Of a stretch of 64,000 nt of DNA, positions 49,136-59,662 are shown piece by piece. The translations under genes were made by a program, and so were the position numbers. The stretch covers positions 52,583-116,582 of the IMG/VR virus record IMGVR_UViG_3300037501_000111. One strand, given 5' to 3'. The stretch comes from a virus. Numbering within the stretch: position 1 is the first letter of the stretch; each line of letters begins with the position of its first letter. Under the pieces are notes generated by a model. That model made no database searches and had not been told where the DNA came from. It saw nothing but the letters and a program-made list of their open reading frames with translations.

Positions 49136-50045
49136 GTCGCTTTTCGAAAATGAACTAATTGCAGGAATGGAGCAGCAATTGCGCAAGCAAGCCTTGGCTG
49201 AGAAGCCGAGCCTTACTAAGGCCGCTGATTGCCTCCATGCCGCTTTAGAAATTCTTGAAGAACAAGGATTGACTGCCAGGGCCGACCAGCTTTTGCAAAT
49301 TCTACAAAAGATTGGACAAGCTAATGAAGCCCGTGATGTGCAGGAAATGCCATCGCTACCAGCATTAATGGAAGCCGGAATGACTCAACGTGATTTCCAT
49401 GAGTTTTCGAAAGGTAATCCAATAGCAAAAGCGAAGTTCAATCTAGTATTGCGCAGTTTAGGATACTCTGATCATCAAATTGGTAATTTCATTGGTAAAA
49501 CCAATGTTATGTCTGAAGATGATGCTAAAGCTGTGTTAGATCCAAATCGTTCTTTTAGTAAAATTTATGATTGGATGAAAGATCCAACTCAACCAGTAGA
49601 TCCTACAAGCCCTCAGCCAGGGGAAACTATTTCTATGAAGAGTTTGCCAATCACTGTTCCAGGAGACACTATTTCTTTTAAGAGCATGAAAGAACCAACT
49701 GTTCCAAACAAAGATGATTTAGTGTTCAAAAGTATTGCCGCTAAAAAACCAGGCAGGCCAGATAAGCATACTAAAAGATTAACTCCTGAAAAAATGCTTA
49801 AGAATTTAGAAGGTCATGGCTTTGTATTTAACTTAGCTGATGATGGTATGTTAGATGTACCACCACCATTAGATATGAATAATCTGAAAGAATCGGATTT
49901 TGAGCCAGAATTTGGCGAATTTGCGACTTTATTAAAATCCGATATAGATGATTCTGATGATCTGTTTGCAACAGACATCAACGACACTCTAGAGGTATCA
50001 GAAAATGATATTCCAATAGATGATTTCGAGGACGAAAGAGATTAA
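49128..50045 (+). CDS. Hypothetical protein with an acidic tail
   Basis: SD GAAGG; short internal repeat PGETISMKS / PGDTISFKS / DDLVFKS. Confidence 0.7.
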   Translation: MAKSLFENELIAGMEQQLRKQALAEKPSLTKAADCLHAALEILEEQGLTARADQLLQILQKIGQANEARDVQEMPSLPALMEAGMTQRDFHEFSKGNPIAKAKFNLVLRSLGYSDHQIGNFIGKTNVMSEDDAKAVLDPNRSFSKIYDWMKDPTQPVDPTSPQPGETISMKSLPITVPGDTISFKSMKEPTVPNKDDLVFKSIAAKKPGRPDKHTKRLTPEKMLKNLEGHGFVFNLADDGMLDVPPPLDMNNLKESDFEPEFGEFATLLKSDIDDSDDLFATDINDTLEVSENDIPIDDFEDERD

Positions 50046-50881
50046 CTTTTTATAAATTCTAAATACTTTTTGTATTTTCTCGGTAGATAAATGGTAGCAT
50101 CTTGATATAACCAATCAAGAATTTTTCTGACTTGAAGATTGCCGCTGACTGATAATGTAGTGGTTATTTGATTGGTTTTAGGTCTTGATAATGATTGAGA
50201 GCAACTTATATTAAGTTGCTCTTTTAATATTTTGGCCGCTTGCTGACAAAATTGTTTGGTAGATACAATTTTCCAAATAGTATTAATGGCCTTTTTATTT
50301 TTAAATTTGTTTTGATAAATACAACCATTTCCATCACTATAGCCACGTAGAAAATGTCTAATTAACTCATTAGGAACTGTTGTAGGAAAATTTAGAATAA
50401 GAGATTTATTGGGAACACAGCCATGCGAGATAAGTTGTTCACATATTTCTTTTTGGTTAATTCGAAAGTACGAGTAGCTATATGGAACTGCCCCAGGAGA
50501 CTCAACTTTTGATATTTTGATAGGTGAAGATGGAGACATTATATCTCTGAACTTTTCTAAAATATATTGATCAGTAGATTTGAGTTTAAGAGATATTGTA
50601 TAAGCATTATTTTTATTTTGGACACACCCATCAGAATAAAGAAATCCTAAGAAGTATGCCGCCTTCTCATTATTGATATCTTGAAAAAATGATTTATTGA
50701 TGTCATTGTATATAATCTTTTTACCAATTTTTGTTTTAATTCCATTACGTTTTAGAATGCCAGAAATGCTTGTTTGAGCACAATTTAGTTGTGCAGCTAT
50801 TTCCCATTGTTGTTTTCCACTGTTATATAAATTGATAATGGAGCTAATTTCGGATTGTGTGAATTTTCTTCGCATAACCAA
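50042..50881 (-). mobile_element. Free-standing LAGLIDADG homing endonuclease with an N-terminal HTH
   Basis: AYFLGFLYSDGCV and HFLRGYSDGNG double motifs; opposite strand; AT-richer than neighbours. Confidence 0.85.
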
Positions 50882-50972
50882 GTATATAACTAATAGTGGT
50901 ATAGTTGTGATAAGGATAGTTCATGAAAAATAAAAATCTTTGCACGCATTTTGAAATCTGTAATGATTTCGG

Positions 50973-51671
50973 GTGGATACCATTTTAAGGCTGGTCCAGG
51001 TGGGCAACACTTTGCCCGTCAGTTTCATTGTTGATCCATCCGCGGAATTTCAGCCGGGCCAAATTGCAGAATTAACAGTTATTGGTAATCAAGTTATGGC
51101 TACCGTTAGTAACGGAACGGCTCCTATTGGCGTTATCGATGATATTAAAACCAAGGCATTTACCAATGTTTCATGGAACGAAACAGTTATTGTTCCTGCT
51201 GTTGGTGTTCCTGGACCAAACAACACTTTAGTTACACCAGTTGATATAAAAGCCGAATTAAGAAAACCAAATATTGTTCCATCCAGTTTTAATTCTACTG
51301 TTAATGTAGTATTAAATCCTGTGAATGGAATTATTACTTTTGTGGCCGGCACTCTATTAAATTTTGATTTATCAGGTACAGGGCAGCCAAATGCCATCAA
51401 AGCAATTGTTAATTATACTTATCAAGTAGCTAATATTCCAGGAGATGATAGTACTGCCGGTTCTGGTAGAATGACTGTTTGGTATGAAAGAATGTTTTTT
51501 CAAACTGACCAGTATGAAACCAATCAACAATATCCAGTTCGTGCTAATTTATATGTTAGTGAAAATGGATTTTTGACTACTCGTAGACCAAGCCCAATTC
51601 ATCCGGCCGTAGGTATGGTTACTGCGCCCCCTACTCCAATGAATCCCATGATTGAGGTTTTGTGGTTTTGA
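50973..51671 (+). CDS. Putative capsid decoration/structural protein
   Basis: Beta-rich; LRLVQVG and STAGSGRMTVW shared with the 58897 ORF. Confidence 0.6.
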   Translation: MDTILRLVQVGNTLPVSFIVDPSAEFQPGQIAELTVIGNQVMATVSNGTAPIGVIDDIKTKAFTNVSWNETVIVPAVGVPGPNNTLVTPVDIKAELRKPNIVPSSFNSTVNVVLNPVNGIITFVAGTLLNFDLSGTGQPNAIKAIVNYTYQVANIPGDDSTAGSGRMTVWYERMFFQTDQYETNQQYPVRANLYVSENGFLTTRRPSPIHPAVGMVTAPPTPMNPMIEVLWF

Positions 51672-52316
51672 CTTGACGCGTCATTGTTTGACGCAGTTAT
51701 ACAAATACTTTGCAAGATATCCAGAGCAAACTGTACAATATATTCATTATGCAATGTCAAAATACGGTGTTGATAATTTTGTTTTTGAGCCGATAGCCAC
51801 TTGTAAAACTCAAGAAGATACGGATGAAGTAGAGTCTCTTTTAATTATCCAGTATGATAGTAGAAATAAAAACAAAGGGTACAATTCAAGAATTGGTGGA
51901 ATAGAGGGCGGCCGTGGCGCAATTTCTGATGAAACTAAAGAGAAAATACGCCAAGCCACTATTCGACAAATTGCTGAAAAGGACATCCTGCTGCTGGTCG
52001 TATAGTTTATCAAGAGACCCGTGAATTGATGCGTAAAATCAGACTTGAAAACCCAATTGAATACACTGAAGAAATTCGACAACACATGTCAGAAGTTCAC
52101 ATTGGAATCAAAGACTCCGAAGAAACCAAAGCAAAGAAATCCGAAAGTGCCAAAGAAGCTTGGGATAAACGAATTGATTATTCTCGAAAATGCGATGCTC
52201 CTGGTTGCGAGGTCTCAGGCAAAGCAAAATACAAGATAATCAATGGAATTCGTTATTGTAACAAGCATGGTTTGCGACTACTGCGCTATAATAGATTAGA
52301 TTGTTTAAGCGACTAA
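51652..52316 (+). pseudogene. Degenerate GIY-YIG/NUMOD3 homing endonuclease (5'-truncated, frameshifted near 51980)
   Basis: IHYAMSKYGVDNFVFEPI...E..LI.QYDS...GYN; SDETKEKI and SEETKAKKS repeats across two frames. Confidence 0.75.
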
Positions 52317-52359
52317 TATCGCAGTATATTATAGACAATCTACTCATTTGAGGACCACA

Positions 52360-53634
52360 ATGACTTTTAAACACATGAAATTTGAGGATTCTCCAACAAT
52401 GCGTGCCTTGGAAAAGGTTGCTAAGGAGAGAGGTTTGGTTAAGCCAGAAACTCTTCAAAAGAAGGCGTCTATTGCTAAAAAGGCAGATTATACACCAACT
52501 TCTGATCTAATGGAAAATATTTTTAAGCTATGTTCTGGTTTAAGAGCATCTGGTCTGGAAAAAGAAGCACTTGAGATTGAGACCAGTTATTTTAACTACA
52601 AACGTGCTCAGACTCTTTATGAAACTTCAAAAGAAAAAGGCGAAGACCTAGTTCAATCAGCTCACCCAAAAGGTAGTCATAAATTAGAAGGTGTTGAAGG
52701 CGACGAGGCAACTATTGAAGATATTCTTGATCAACATCTTAAAATGATGAAGTCTGTTGAAAAGAAACCTACTGGTAAATTATCTTCTTCTCGTGCCATT
52801 CTTAATGCAGTTAAGGTAGTTTTAGCTCAAGAAGTGGCTCCAGAAGAAACCGAAGAAGAATTAAGTCGACAGCTTATTGCACAAGCCACTAAAATTATCC
52901 CTATGATCAATAGTTTGATTAGTAGACTTAAAGAATATGGAGGCAACGGTTTTGATAAAGCTAAGGCTGAAGTATTTGGTAACACTATTACTAGTAATTT
53001 AGCTAAGACTCCAATTGGTAGAGAGCAACTAAATATTATTTCAGACAACTGGAGAAAATTAATCACATGGGCCAGAGGCGCTGGTAAGTTTGGTGGAGAT
53101 TTTGGTAGTAAACTTGTTCCATGGGAAACGGATTCTGAAAGGGCGGGTGCTCAAAATTGGAATGCCAATATATCAGGCTATGCTAATAGGGTTGTTGCTG
53201 AGATTAATAAACTAGCACCGCTTGTTAATAAGAAGGCAACCATTCAATTTATGAAAGACAGTGGATCTTATCAAGGTCCAGGCCAGCCAGCTATGGGAGA
53301 GGGCGAGGATGATGCTAAACCAAGACAAGGCGTTGTAGTAGTTTTAAATCGTGAGGCTGCGAATATTGCCTCTATAGCTAATAATGCTTTATCTGATCTT
53401 ACTAGATGGCAAGGCTGGATCACCATGAAGAGAGATTCTATGAAAAAAGCAGATTTCGATACTGCAATGGCATGGCTTAAATCTCAATATACTAAGATTG
53501 ATAATATCAAAAAGCAGTTCATGGAAATGAGTAATGATCCAGAAAGACAAAATCGTGAAGCTAAAGAGTTTACTAGTATGTTAAACGCACTGATTGCTGA
53601 AAATAAAGAGTTCAGAGAGGCATGGTTTCAATAA
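52360..53634 (+). CDS. Hypothetical head-module protein (N-terminal region paralogous to the 57483 ORF)
   Basis: EKVAKERGLV and LVQSAHP; SD GAGG. Confidence 0.75.
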   Translation: MTFKHMKFEDSPTMRALEKVAKERGLVKPETLQKKASIAKKADYTPTSDLMENIFKLCSGLRASGLEKEALEIETSYFNYKRAQTLYETSKEKGEDLVQSAHPKGSHKLEGVEGDEATIEDILDQHLKMMKSVEKKPTGKLSSSRAILNAVKVVLAQEVAPEETEEELSRQLIAQATKIIPMINSLISRLKEYGGNGFDKAKAEVFGNTITSNLAKTPIGREQLNIISDNWRKLITWARGAGKFGGDFGSKLVPWETDSERAGAQNWNANISGYANRVVAEINKLAPLVNKKATIQFMKDSGSYQGPGQPAMGEGEDDAKPRQGVVVVLNREAANIASIANNALSDLTRWQGWITMKRDSMKKADFDTAMAWLKSQYTKIDNIKKQFMEMSNDPERQNREAKEFTSMLNALIAENKEFREAWFQ

Positions 53635-54785
53635 TGAGTAACACTATATTTAAGAAGGGGGCAGTACCAAAACCATCTGGTGGACCAATTGCCGCCCCAA
53701 AAACTGATACTCCTCCTCCAAAAACTGATGGAGATGCTACTACTCCACCTACTACCGCTGTACCAAAACCAGGCCAGTCTTCACAGTCAGCTAAGCCTAC
53801 CGGTGGAGGAGGATATTACATTAATCCAGCTATCAAAGCAATGCAAGATGCAATGCAACGATTTGCTGCCGGTGTAACTAAGTATTCTTTCAAGAAAACT
53901 AAACCAGGTGAAAAGCCAGTTGTAGATGACTCAAAAAAGCCATTTAATGATTTCATTACCGAACAGTATATGGCAGATTCTCCTATCAAAGGCCAAGAGT
54001 ACTCTACTGACCCAAATCGTCAAAAGTTACAAGAAAAACAGCCAACTGATTTAATTGAGATGAATAATGTTATTGATGGTCTCAAAAGAATTGGCTCTCC
54101 TGGCACACCACCAGGTAGTGAATTAAAGGCTGATAGTATTTGGGATTTTAGAACTAACAACGCACTCAAAAACATTTATGCCTTTGCTTATGCTTTAGTT
54201 AATCTATCTAAAGATTTTGGAAGGACTAATATACAATCTTTTAATGATGATGATTTAACAAAAATGTCGGAGCTTATTCCAAAAGAAGATAATCCTGCCA
54301 ACTTACCTGCGGCTGAAAAAACTGCTAAAGCAAAAGAACTAACTACATTAATCAATAAACTATCTAATTTTTATTCTTACTATGTAGATGCTATTGCTCA
54401 ACATCCAGCTTATGTAAGACATATTATTGGAGAAGAACCCCTAATTACTATCAAGCCGGGTGGTGGAGACCCTATTGCATTTACGCCTGAAGAGCAGAAG
54501 ATGATGCAAAATGTAGATCAATTGACAGTAAATTTTGGACAAGGTCCATTGCCGTTAAGCGCTCTCAAAAATCTCAATTTTTTTAGAGAATTTTTGACTG
54601 AGAATATGAAGTATCAACCAAATCAAACTAGCAATCCAAAAATACTATTAGCTTTTCTAAAATCATTTTCCGATTTTGCAGATCAAGCTATTCAAAAAGC
54701 TCAATTAAAGGCCACGCCACAACCTAAGCAGCAACTTGATGCAGGTACGCCACTTAGTGGTACCGGTCCAGTCAGACAAGTATAA
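53634..54785 (+). CDS. Hypothetical protein with a Pro/Thr-rich N-terminus
   Basis: TAATG-coupled ORF. Confidence 0.75.
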   Translation: MSNTIFKKGAVPKPSGGPIAAPKTDTPPPKTDGDATTPPTTAVPKPGQSSQSAKPTGGGGYYINPAIKAMQDAMQRFAAGVTKYSFKKTKPGEKPVVDDSKKPFNDFITEQYMADSPIKGQEYSTDPNRQKLQEKQPTDLIEMNNVIDGLKRIGSPGTPPGSELKADSIWDFRTNNALKNIYAFAYALVNLSKDFGRTNIQSFNDDDLTKMSELIPKEDNPANLPAAEKTAKAKELTTLINKLSNFYSYYVDAIAQHPAYVRHIIGEEPLITIKPGGGDPIAFTPEEQKMMQNVDQLTVNFGQGPLPLSALKNLNFFREFLTENMKYQPNQTSNPKILLAFLKSFSDFADQAIQKAQLKATPQPKQQLDAGTPLSGTGPVRQV

Positions 54786-54793
54786 GGATACCA

Positions 54794-56332
54794 ATGTCTT
54801 TTATTTATGACGATCTAAAATTACTAAAATCTCTAATAGTTGCTGGGGAGAAGTCTATCCAAAAGCGTGGTCAACAAACCGATCCACAACAACTAGCTAC
54901 TCTTGTATTAGCTAAGAAGATGGCTCAGCAATTGATGCGTCAAGTAGATCCTAATTCTGTACCAAAAGCTACGGCACCTATTGGAAGTGAGTTAGGTGAA
55001 GGAGCGACACCCGAATTAGATCGTAAAAATTTAGAAAGTCTTGGAGACTTTCTAAAATGGGCCTCTGATAATGCCATTACTTGGGATGGTAAGAGAGTTG
55101 CTTACGTTTATAACGATCCAAACCAACAAGGCCCGGTTGGTTATTGGAAATTCCTTACTTATAAAATTGATCGAGAGAGGGACCCTTATGATAGAACGGC
55201 CATTCAGGTTCCAGCTTATGCTGACAAAGATGCTCTTATCAAGCTTATTACTTATTTAAGAGACTCTCAAGAGGCTAAGACTGAAAAAGTATTTGCTGTT
55301 ATGTTGGGACGCCTTATTAATCAAACAAATCAGTTTTTGGAAAAGACTGAGCAAATTGGTCCACGTACTGAACAAAAGCCAGCCGAAGCATTCAATGCAA
55401 ATGATGTAGTTGATGGTTTTAAAGATACGACCATTAACATCAAAGATCCATATGCTGGAATTCAAGAATTTATGAAAGCAACTGACCCAAATATGATTCT
55501 CAATAGAATGACTTGGAGAGATGTTAGCTCTAAAGCTGGCTTAATAGATTGGCTTCGTGGTATGAAATTTATTGGAGAAGATGGTAAACCATATGATCCA
55601 ACGGCCCCAGGAGTAGACCCATGTGGAGCAATTCATGTTCTTTACTTACGTGCTAAATATCTATCTCAGTATGCTACCGATAGACTACGTCCAGGTTTTT
55701 CTAAGCTTGAGCAAGCATACTTAAAACAGATTCAAACTCTGGGCCCACAGTTTGATTTTAATGATCAAGCTTGTGCAGTAACCAAACCAGGAACTATTAC
55801 TCCTCAACAGCCGGGTCAGCCGGGTCAGCCAGGCCAGCAAGGACAAAGTGGACAGCCTGGAAAGATTAGTCCGCAAGCACTTCAGCAATTAGCTGCGCTA
55901 CGACCATTCCACACAAACAATATTGATTTTAGAGAAATTAAACTATTCTTAGATCGATACAATCAACTAGCTAACAAGCCAGGTATTGATGCTATGATTG
56001 GTCAAATTAAGCACTCTATGGACATGGCTAATCGATTAATGGGAACTGCTGACGCTCCAATTCAGATTGATAACTTAACTGGCGATCAAGTGAAGGATTG
56101 GTCAAATCAACCAATTCCATTGTTGAATATTCTAAATACCATTATTTCATACTCTGGAAGAGTATACCAGGATTTCTTTAATGAGTTCAATACTATTCTT
56201 GGAGAAGATGTCGCGAGACCAGTTGAGCAACAACTTACTGTCCAACAAACTAATCTTGGCACAATTTTACGTGTTAGAGATAATCTTATAAGAGAAATAC
56301 CAACAAGCACTACCCCTAGAGGCAAACGATGA
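54794..56332 (+). CDS. Hypothetical protein with QPG repeats
   Basis: 512-aa ORF; SD AAGGA. Confidence 0.75.
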   Translation: MSFIYDDLKLLKSLIVAGEKSIQKRGQQTDPQQLATLVLAKKMAQQLMRQVDPNSVPKATAPIGSELGEGATPELDRKNLESLGDFLKWASDNAITWDGKRVAYVYNDPNQQGPVGYWKFLTYKIDRERDPYDRTAIQVPAYADKDALIKLITYLRDSQEAKTEKVFAVMLGRLINQTNQFLEKTEQIGPRTEQKPAEAFNANDVVDGFKDTTINIKDPYAGIQEFMKATDPNMILNRMTWRDVSSKAGLIDWLRGMKFIGEDGKPYDPTAPGVDPCGAIHVLYLRAKYLSQYATDRLRPGFSKLEQAYLKQIQTLGPQFDFNDQACAVTKPGTITPQQPGQPGQPGQQGQSGQPGKISPQALQQLAALRPFHTNNIDFREIKLFLDRYNQLANKPGIDAMIGQIKHSMDMANRLMGTADAPIQIDNLTGDQVKDWSNQPIPLLNILNTIISYSGRVYQDFFNEFNTILGEDVARPVEQQLTVQQTNLGTILRVRDNLIREIPTSTTPRGKR

Positions 56333-57432
56333 TATCCAATAGTGAAGTTAGCTTTTGTGTTGACACACTACTTGTAGAGACCGTATTAGCGGAACCAAAA
56401 CTCTACAAAAAGGCTGGCTTCGTCCAAGATCTGCTTGGCAAAGTAAAAGACTATTTTAGTCGTCAGATTGATCCTAATAATCCAGTCAAAAGTGTAATTG
56501 ACATTTTGGCACCTGGCGCATTATGGTTATTATTTCAATCTATTGGAATTGGTAAGTGGGGTTTTCTACTTGCTACACTTATGGATGTATTCCATGTTGA
56601 CGTAAGTGGTATGTTAACATCTCTTTGGAACAAAGTCAAAGAAATGATCGGTGGAGGACAGAAGACTTCGTCAGCAGCAGTTGATGCAGCTACTGAGTCT
56701 ACTGTACAACAATTTAATGATCCCGCCACTCCACAAGAAGAGCAGCAAGGTATGACTATCTTAAAGCAGAAACAAAATCCTACTGAAAATTCAGCAAGTG
56801 ATCATAAAGTCTATAGTTCACTTGAGCTATTAAAAGATGCTAGAATGTTTAGACTAGCTATTATAAACTATGAAGCTCAAACACTTAGACTTACTTCAGA
56901 AGGTTTTGATAAAACTGCTGGATTTTTTGGTAGTACTAAATCTAAAGGTGTTAGTTTACTAGGTAAAATTTTTGGTTGGATTATCAAGTTGGCCTTAGCT
57001 TCTGCGGGTTTAATGGTAGCTGGTGATGTTGCCAATGAAGTATTGGGTCGACCAAGCGCGTTAAGCGGCACATATCAGCGAGGCCAAGAGTCTCAAAATG
57101 AAGGAACTAGATCATCTACTCCTCCTAGAGCTACACAAACTAAATTTCCTTTCAAAGGAGATAGTCCGTTACCACAATCTTTTCCTCTAGTAAATAATGA
57201 TAGTAATATTGAAAATATGCTAGTTCAATTTACTAAAGACACATACTCTGGTCTAGATGGTAAAGAAATCTTCATCCGAAACAGTCCGGCTTTTCAGGCT
57301 GTTAAAGATGATATTTCTTTCTTTAATGTACATAATCCCAATAGTGCAGCTATCTTTTTACCAAAGCATTATAGAACTAGAAGAGCTTTAGTAGATTACT
57401 ATATAGATGATGTGGCTAAAAGCGCCTCATAA
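56329..57432 (+). CDS. Hypothetical protein with hydrophobic/amphipathic helices
   Basis: ALWLLFQSIGIGKWGFLLATL and LLGKIFGWIIKLALASAGLMVAG, each shortly after a K-x-AGF motif. Confidence 0.72.
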   Translation: MISNSEVSFCVDTLLVETVLAEPKLYKKAGFVQDLLGKVKDYFSRQIDPNNPVKSVIDILAPGALWLLFQSIGIGKWGFLLATLMDVFHVDVSGMLTSLWNKVKEMIGGGQKTSSAAVDAATESTVQQFNDPATPQEEQQGMTILKQKQNPTENSASDHKVYSSLELLKDARMFRLAIINYEAQTLRLTSEGFDKTAGFFGSTKSKGVSLLGKIFGWIIKLALASAGLMVAGDVANEVLGRPSALSGTYQRGQESQNEGTRSSTPPRATQTKFPFKGDSPLPQSFPLVNNDSNIENMLVQFTKDTYSGLDGKEIFIRNSPAFQAVKDDISFFNVHNPNSAAIFLPKHYRTRRALVDYYIDDVAKSAS

Positions 57433-57482
57433 TTAAGGCATAACATGACATATCAATACAATTTCTTTTTAGGTGAAACCAC

Positions 57483-58748
57483 ATGAGAAAAAGCGAGATA
57501 TTTGAAAGTTTTGTTAAGATTGCCCAAGAGAGGGGACTTGTGTCTCAAGCCGATGAAAAATCAACTCGTGCTGAGCATACCGAAAAATCTTTTTCTGAGA
57601 CCAATCCAAGAATGGACTCATTGAGTATTGAACAGATTAGTAAACTATATAATACCAAACCACCAGCTCCAAAAGAGATGGAATACAAGCGCAATATTAT
57701 CGAAAATGCGCATCCAGAGTCAGTTGTTGTTTCACCATCTTATGATAAATTAAATGGTCTAGTTGAAAATGAAAATGAAGGTCAAGCTATCCGCGCCCGC
57801 ATCGTCATGAAATATCCGGACGGTCATTTGACACAGCGTAAATATGCCAAGAAGAATTTGTTACTTTCTTTGGTTCGAGTTGGCAATGAGCTAGACGCTC
57901 GTGATAGTGAAGAACTTCGTAAATTAGCCGATGTTTGTTTAATGCAAGCTAGCGAAACTTGTTTTCATAAAAAAGCAGTTCCAGTAGTACCGATTGTTAT
58001 TGGAATTGTGGGTTTAATAGGCGCAGTTTATGCTTATGAGCATATTACAGTGAGAGAAGGTTTGCAGTTTGATTATAAGGAATTGACAGATAAAATTGTG
58101 GCGCTACAAAAAGAAACTATGGAATATGGATTTGGTTATAAGTTTTCTGAAGAGTTCAATAGATTCTTAGCAGATCTTTCTAGTAAAGTTGTTATGCTTC
58201 ATGATGCCGTTGTCAATTTTCAAAATGCTATGGCCAAAACATCGTTGCCAAAGACTAGTGAAGAGCTTACTGGTCAAAATTTAATTAGTAATGCTTCTTC
58301 ACCAGAAGGTAAAGCGGTGGAAGTTGCTTATGACAACCTTAAAAAGGTTATTGCAAATCTAGATCCATACTTTATAAAGGTACATCAAAATCTTAATGAC
58401 CCAGGTTTTCGTGAAAGAGTGATTCAAGACCGTGGTTTTGTTACTGAATTGATTGATAGAATCCCAGGATTACGTGGCCAACAGAGAAATGAAGCACTTT
58501 TGGGCAATTTATTTAAGGATTTGAATGATTTGGTAGAGAATTACCAAAAAGATGTGGCTACGATTAAAGAAGGTACCGATAAAGCAACACAACAAGAGCA
58601 AAAAGCACAAGCTTTTATGAGTAGAACTCTAACAAATACGCCAGCTCCGACTCAACAAGCCCCAGAAAAGTCTGTTCCTGAGAAAAAACCTGAAGATAAG
58701 GACGCATTTGATGCTTTAGAGGATGAGTTTAACAAGTTAGTCTCATAA
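57483..58748 (+). CDS. Hypothetical protein with one predicted transmembrane helix
   Basis: VPVVPIVIGIVGLIGAVYAY immediately after HKKA. Confidence 0.72.
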   Translation: MRKSEIFESFVKIAQERGLVSQADEKSTRAEHTEKSFSETNPRMDSLSIEQISKLYNTKPPAPKEMEYKRNIIENAHPESVVVSPSYDKLNGLVENENEGQAIRARIVMKYPDGHLTQRKYAKKNLLLSLVRVGNELDARDSEELRKLADVCLMQASETCFHKKAVPVVPIVIGIVGLIGAVYAYEHITVREGLQFDYKELTDKIVALQKETMEYGFGYKFSEEFNRFLADLSSKVVMLHDAVVNFQNAMAKTSLPKTSEELTGQNLISNASSPEGKAVEVAYDNLKKVIANLDPYFIKVHQNLNDPGFRERVIQDRGFVTELIDRIPGLRGQQRNEALLGNLFKDLNDLVENYQKDVATIKEGTDKATQQEQKAQAFMSRTLTNTPAPTQQAPEKSVPEKKPEDKDAFDALEDEFNKLVS

Positions 58749-58896
58749 TTCTAGGCATAGGACTGTATTTTTAAGACTTAAGCTCTTTTTTATCGAAAAA
58801 CATATCAATAAAGAAGTATGCTTTACAGATTTTGTAAGTAATAGGTGTAAGTAACCATGCCCCTTGAGGCATTTGAAGATTAAATAGGAAAATACA

Positions 58897-59649
58897 ATGG
58901 CTCTAAAACTTTTACAACCAGGCATTCAGCCTTTAGGTCAGTTTGACGGTCTTGACGCAGATGTTCTACAAACCAAGGGTGGCGAAATCGTTACTTTCAC
59001 TTATGTGAACACTTCTGGTCAACCAGGCGTCTTTACCGCAGGTCAAGATCAGGCCGCATATGACCAATTTGACGGTTACGTCAACGTCTCTGGTACTTTT
59101 AAGCGTCCAGCAGTAACCAAGACCCATGCAGGCACTAACTTTGCCGCTCGTCCATTAATGCTATCTGATGATGGTATTCAGGGATATGGCACTCTCTTCG
59201 GAGCAGTCGTTGGTGGTGCTGTTGGTCAACAGGTAAACGGTCCAAACAGCTACACTGGTGCTGTACTTGGCCCTCACACTGCAACCGGCTCTGGCAAGAC
59301 CACTTGCTGGGATAAGCCAGGTCTCTATGCAGTATCCTTGGACGCAACTCACTCCAGCCTGCAGCCAACCAACACTACCCTAACCGGCGGTGATGCTCTA
59401 GGCTTTACAACTGGTGGTCTTTTGACTCAGGCAACTAACGCTGCCACTGTTTCTTCCAACGGTTCTGCTGTTGGCTCTGGTGGTGTCGCTGTTGTTGTTG
59501 GTCGTCTAGTAGAGTTCAACACCAACCAGTCCTTGGTAACCACTCCAAATTACTTGGTTGCTGCTTTGAACAGCCCATCTGGAAACGTCTCCTCTGTACA
59601 ACCAAGAGCATTCCAGTTCGCAACCATCTACTTTGCTCCACCAGCATAA
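58897..59649 (+). CDS. Putative capsid decoration/cement protein
   Basis: G/T/A/V-rich, highly biased codon use, directly upstream of the major capsid gene. Confidence 0.65.
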   Translation: MALKLLQPGIQPLGQFDGLDADVLQTKGGEIVTFTYVNTSGQPGVFTAGQDQAAYDQFDGYVNVSGTFKRPAVTKTHAGTNFAARPLMLSDDGIQGYGTLFGAVVGGAVGQQVNGPNSYTGAVLGPHTATGSGKTTCWDKPGLYAVSLDATHSSLQPTNTTLTGGDALGFTTGGLLTQATNAATVSSNGSAVGSGGVAVVVGRLVEFNTNQSLVTTPNYLVAALNSPSGNVSSVQPRAFQFATIYFAPPA

Positions 59650-59662
59650 GTAACTGAATAAA

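Noticed and set aside
55805..55860. CAGCCGGGT-type tandem repeats
   Set aside because: Coding QPG linker; not a CRISPR array or iteron
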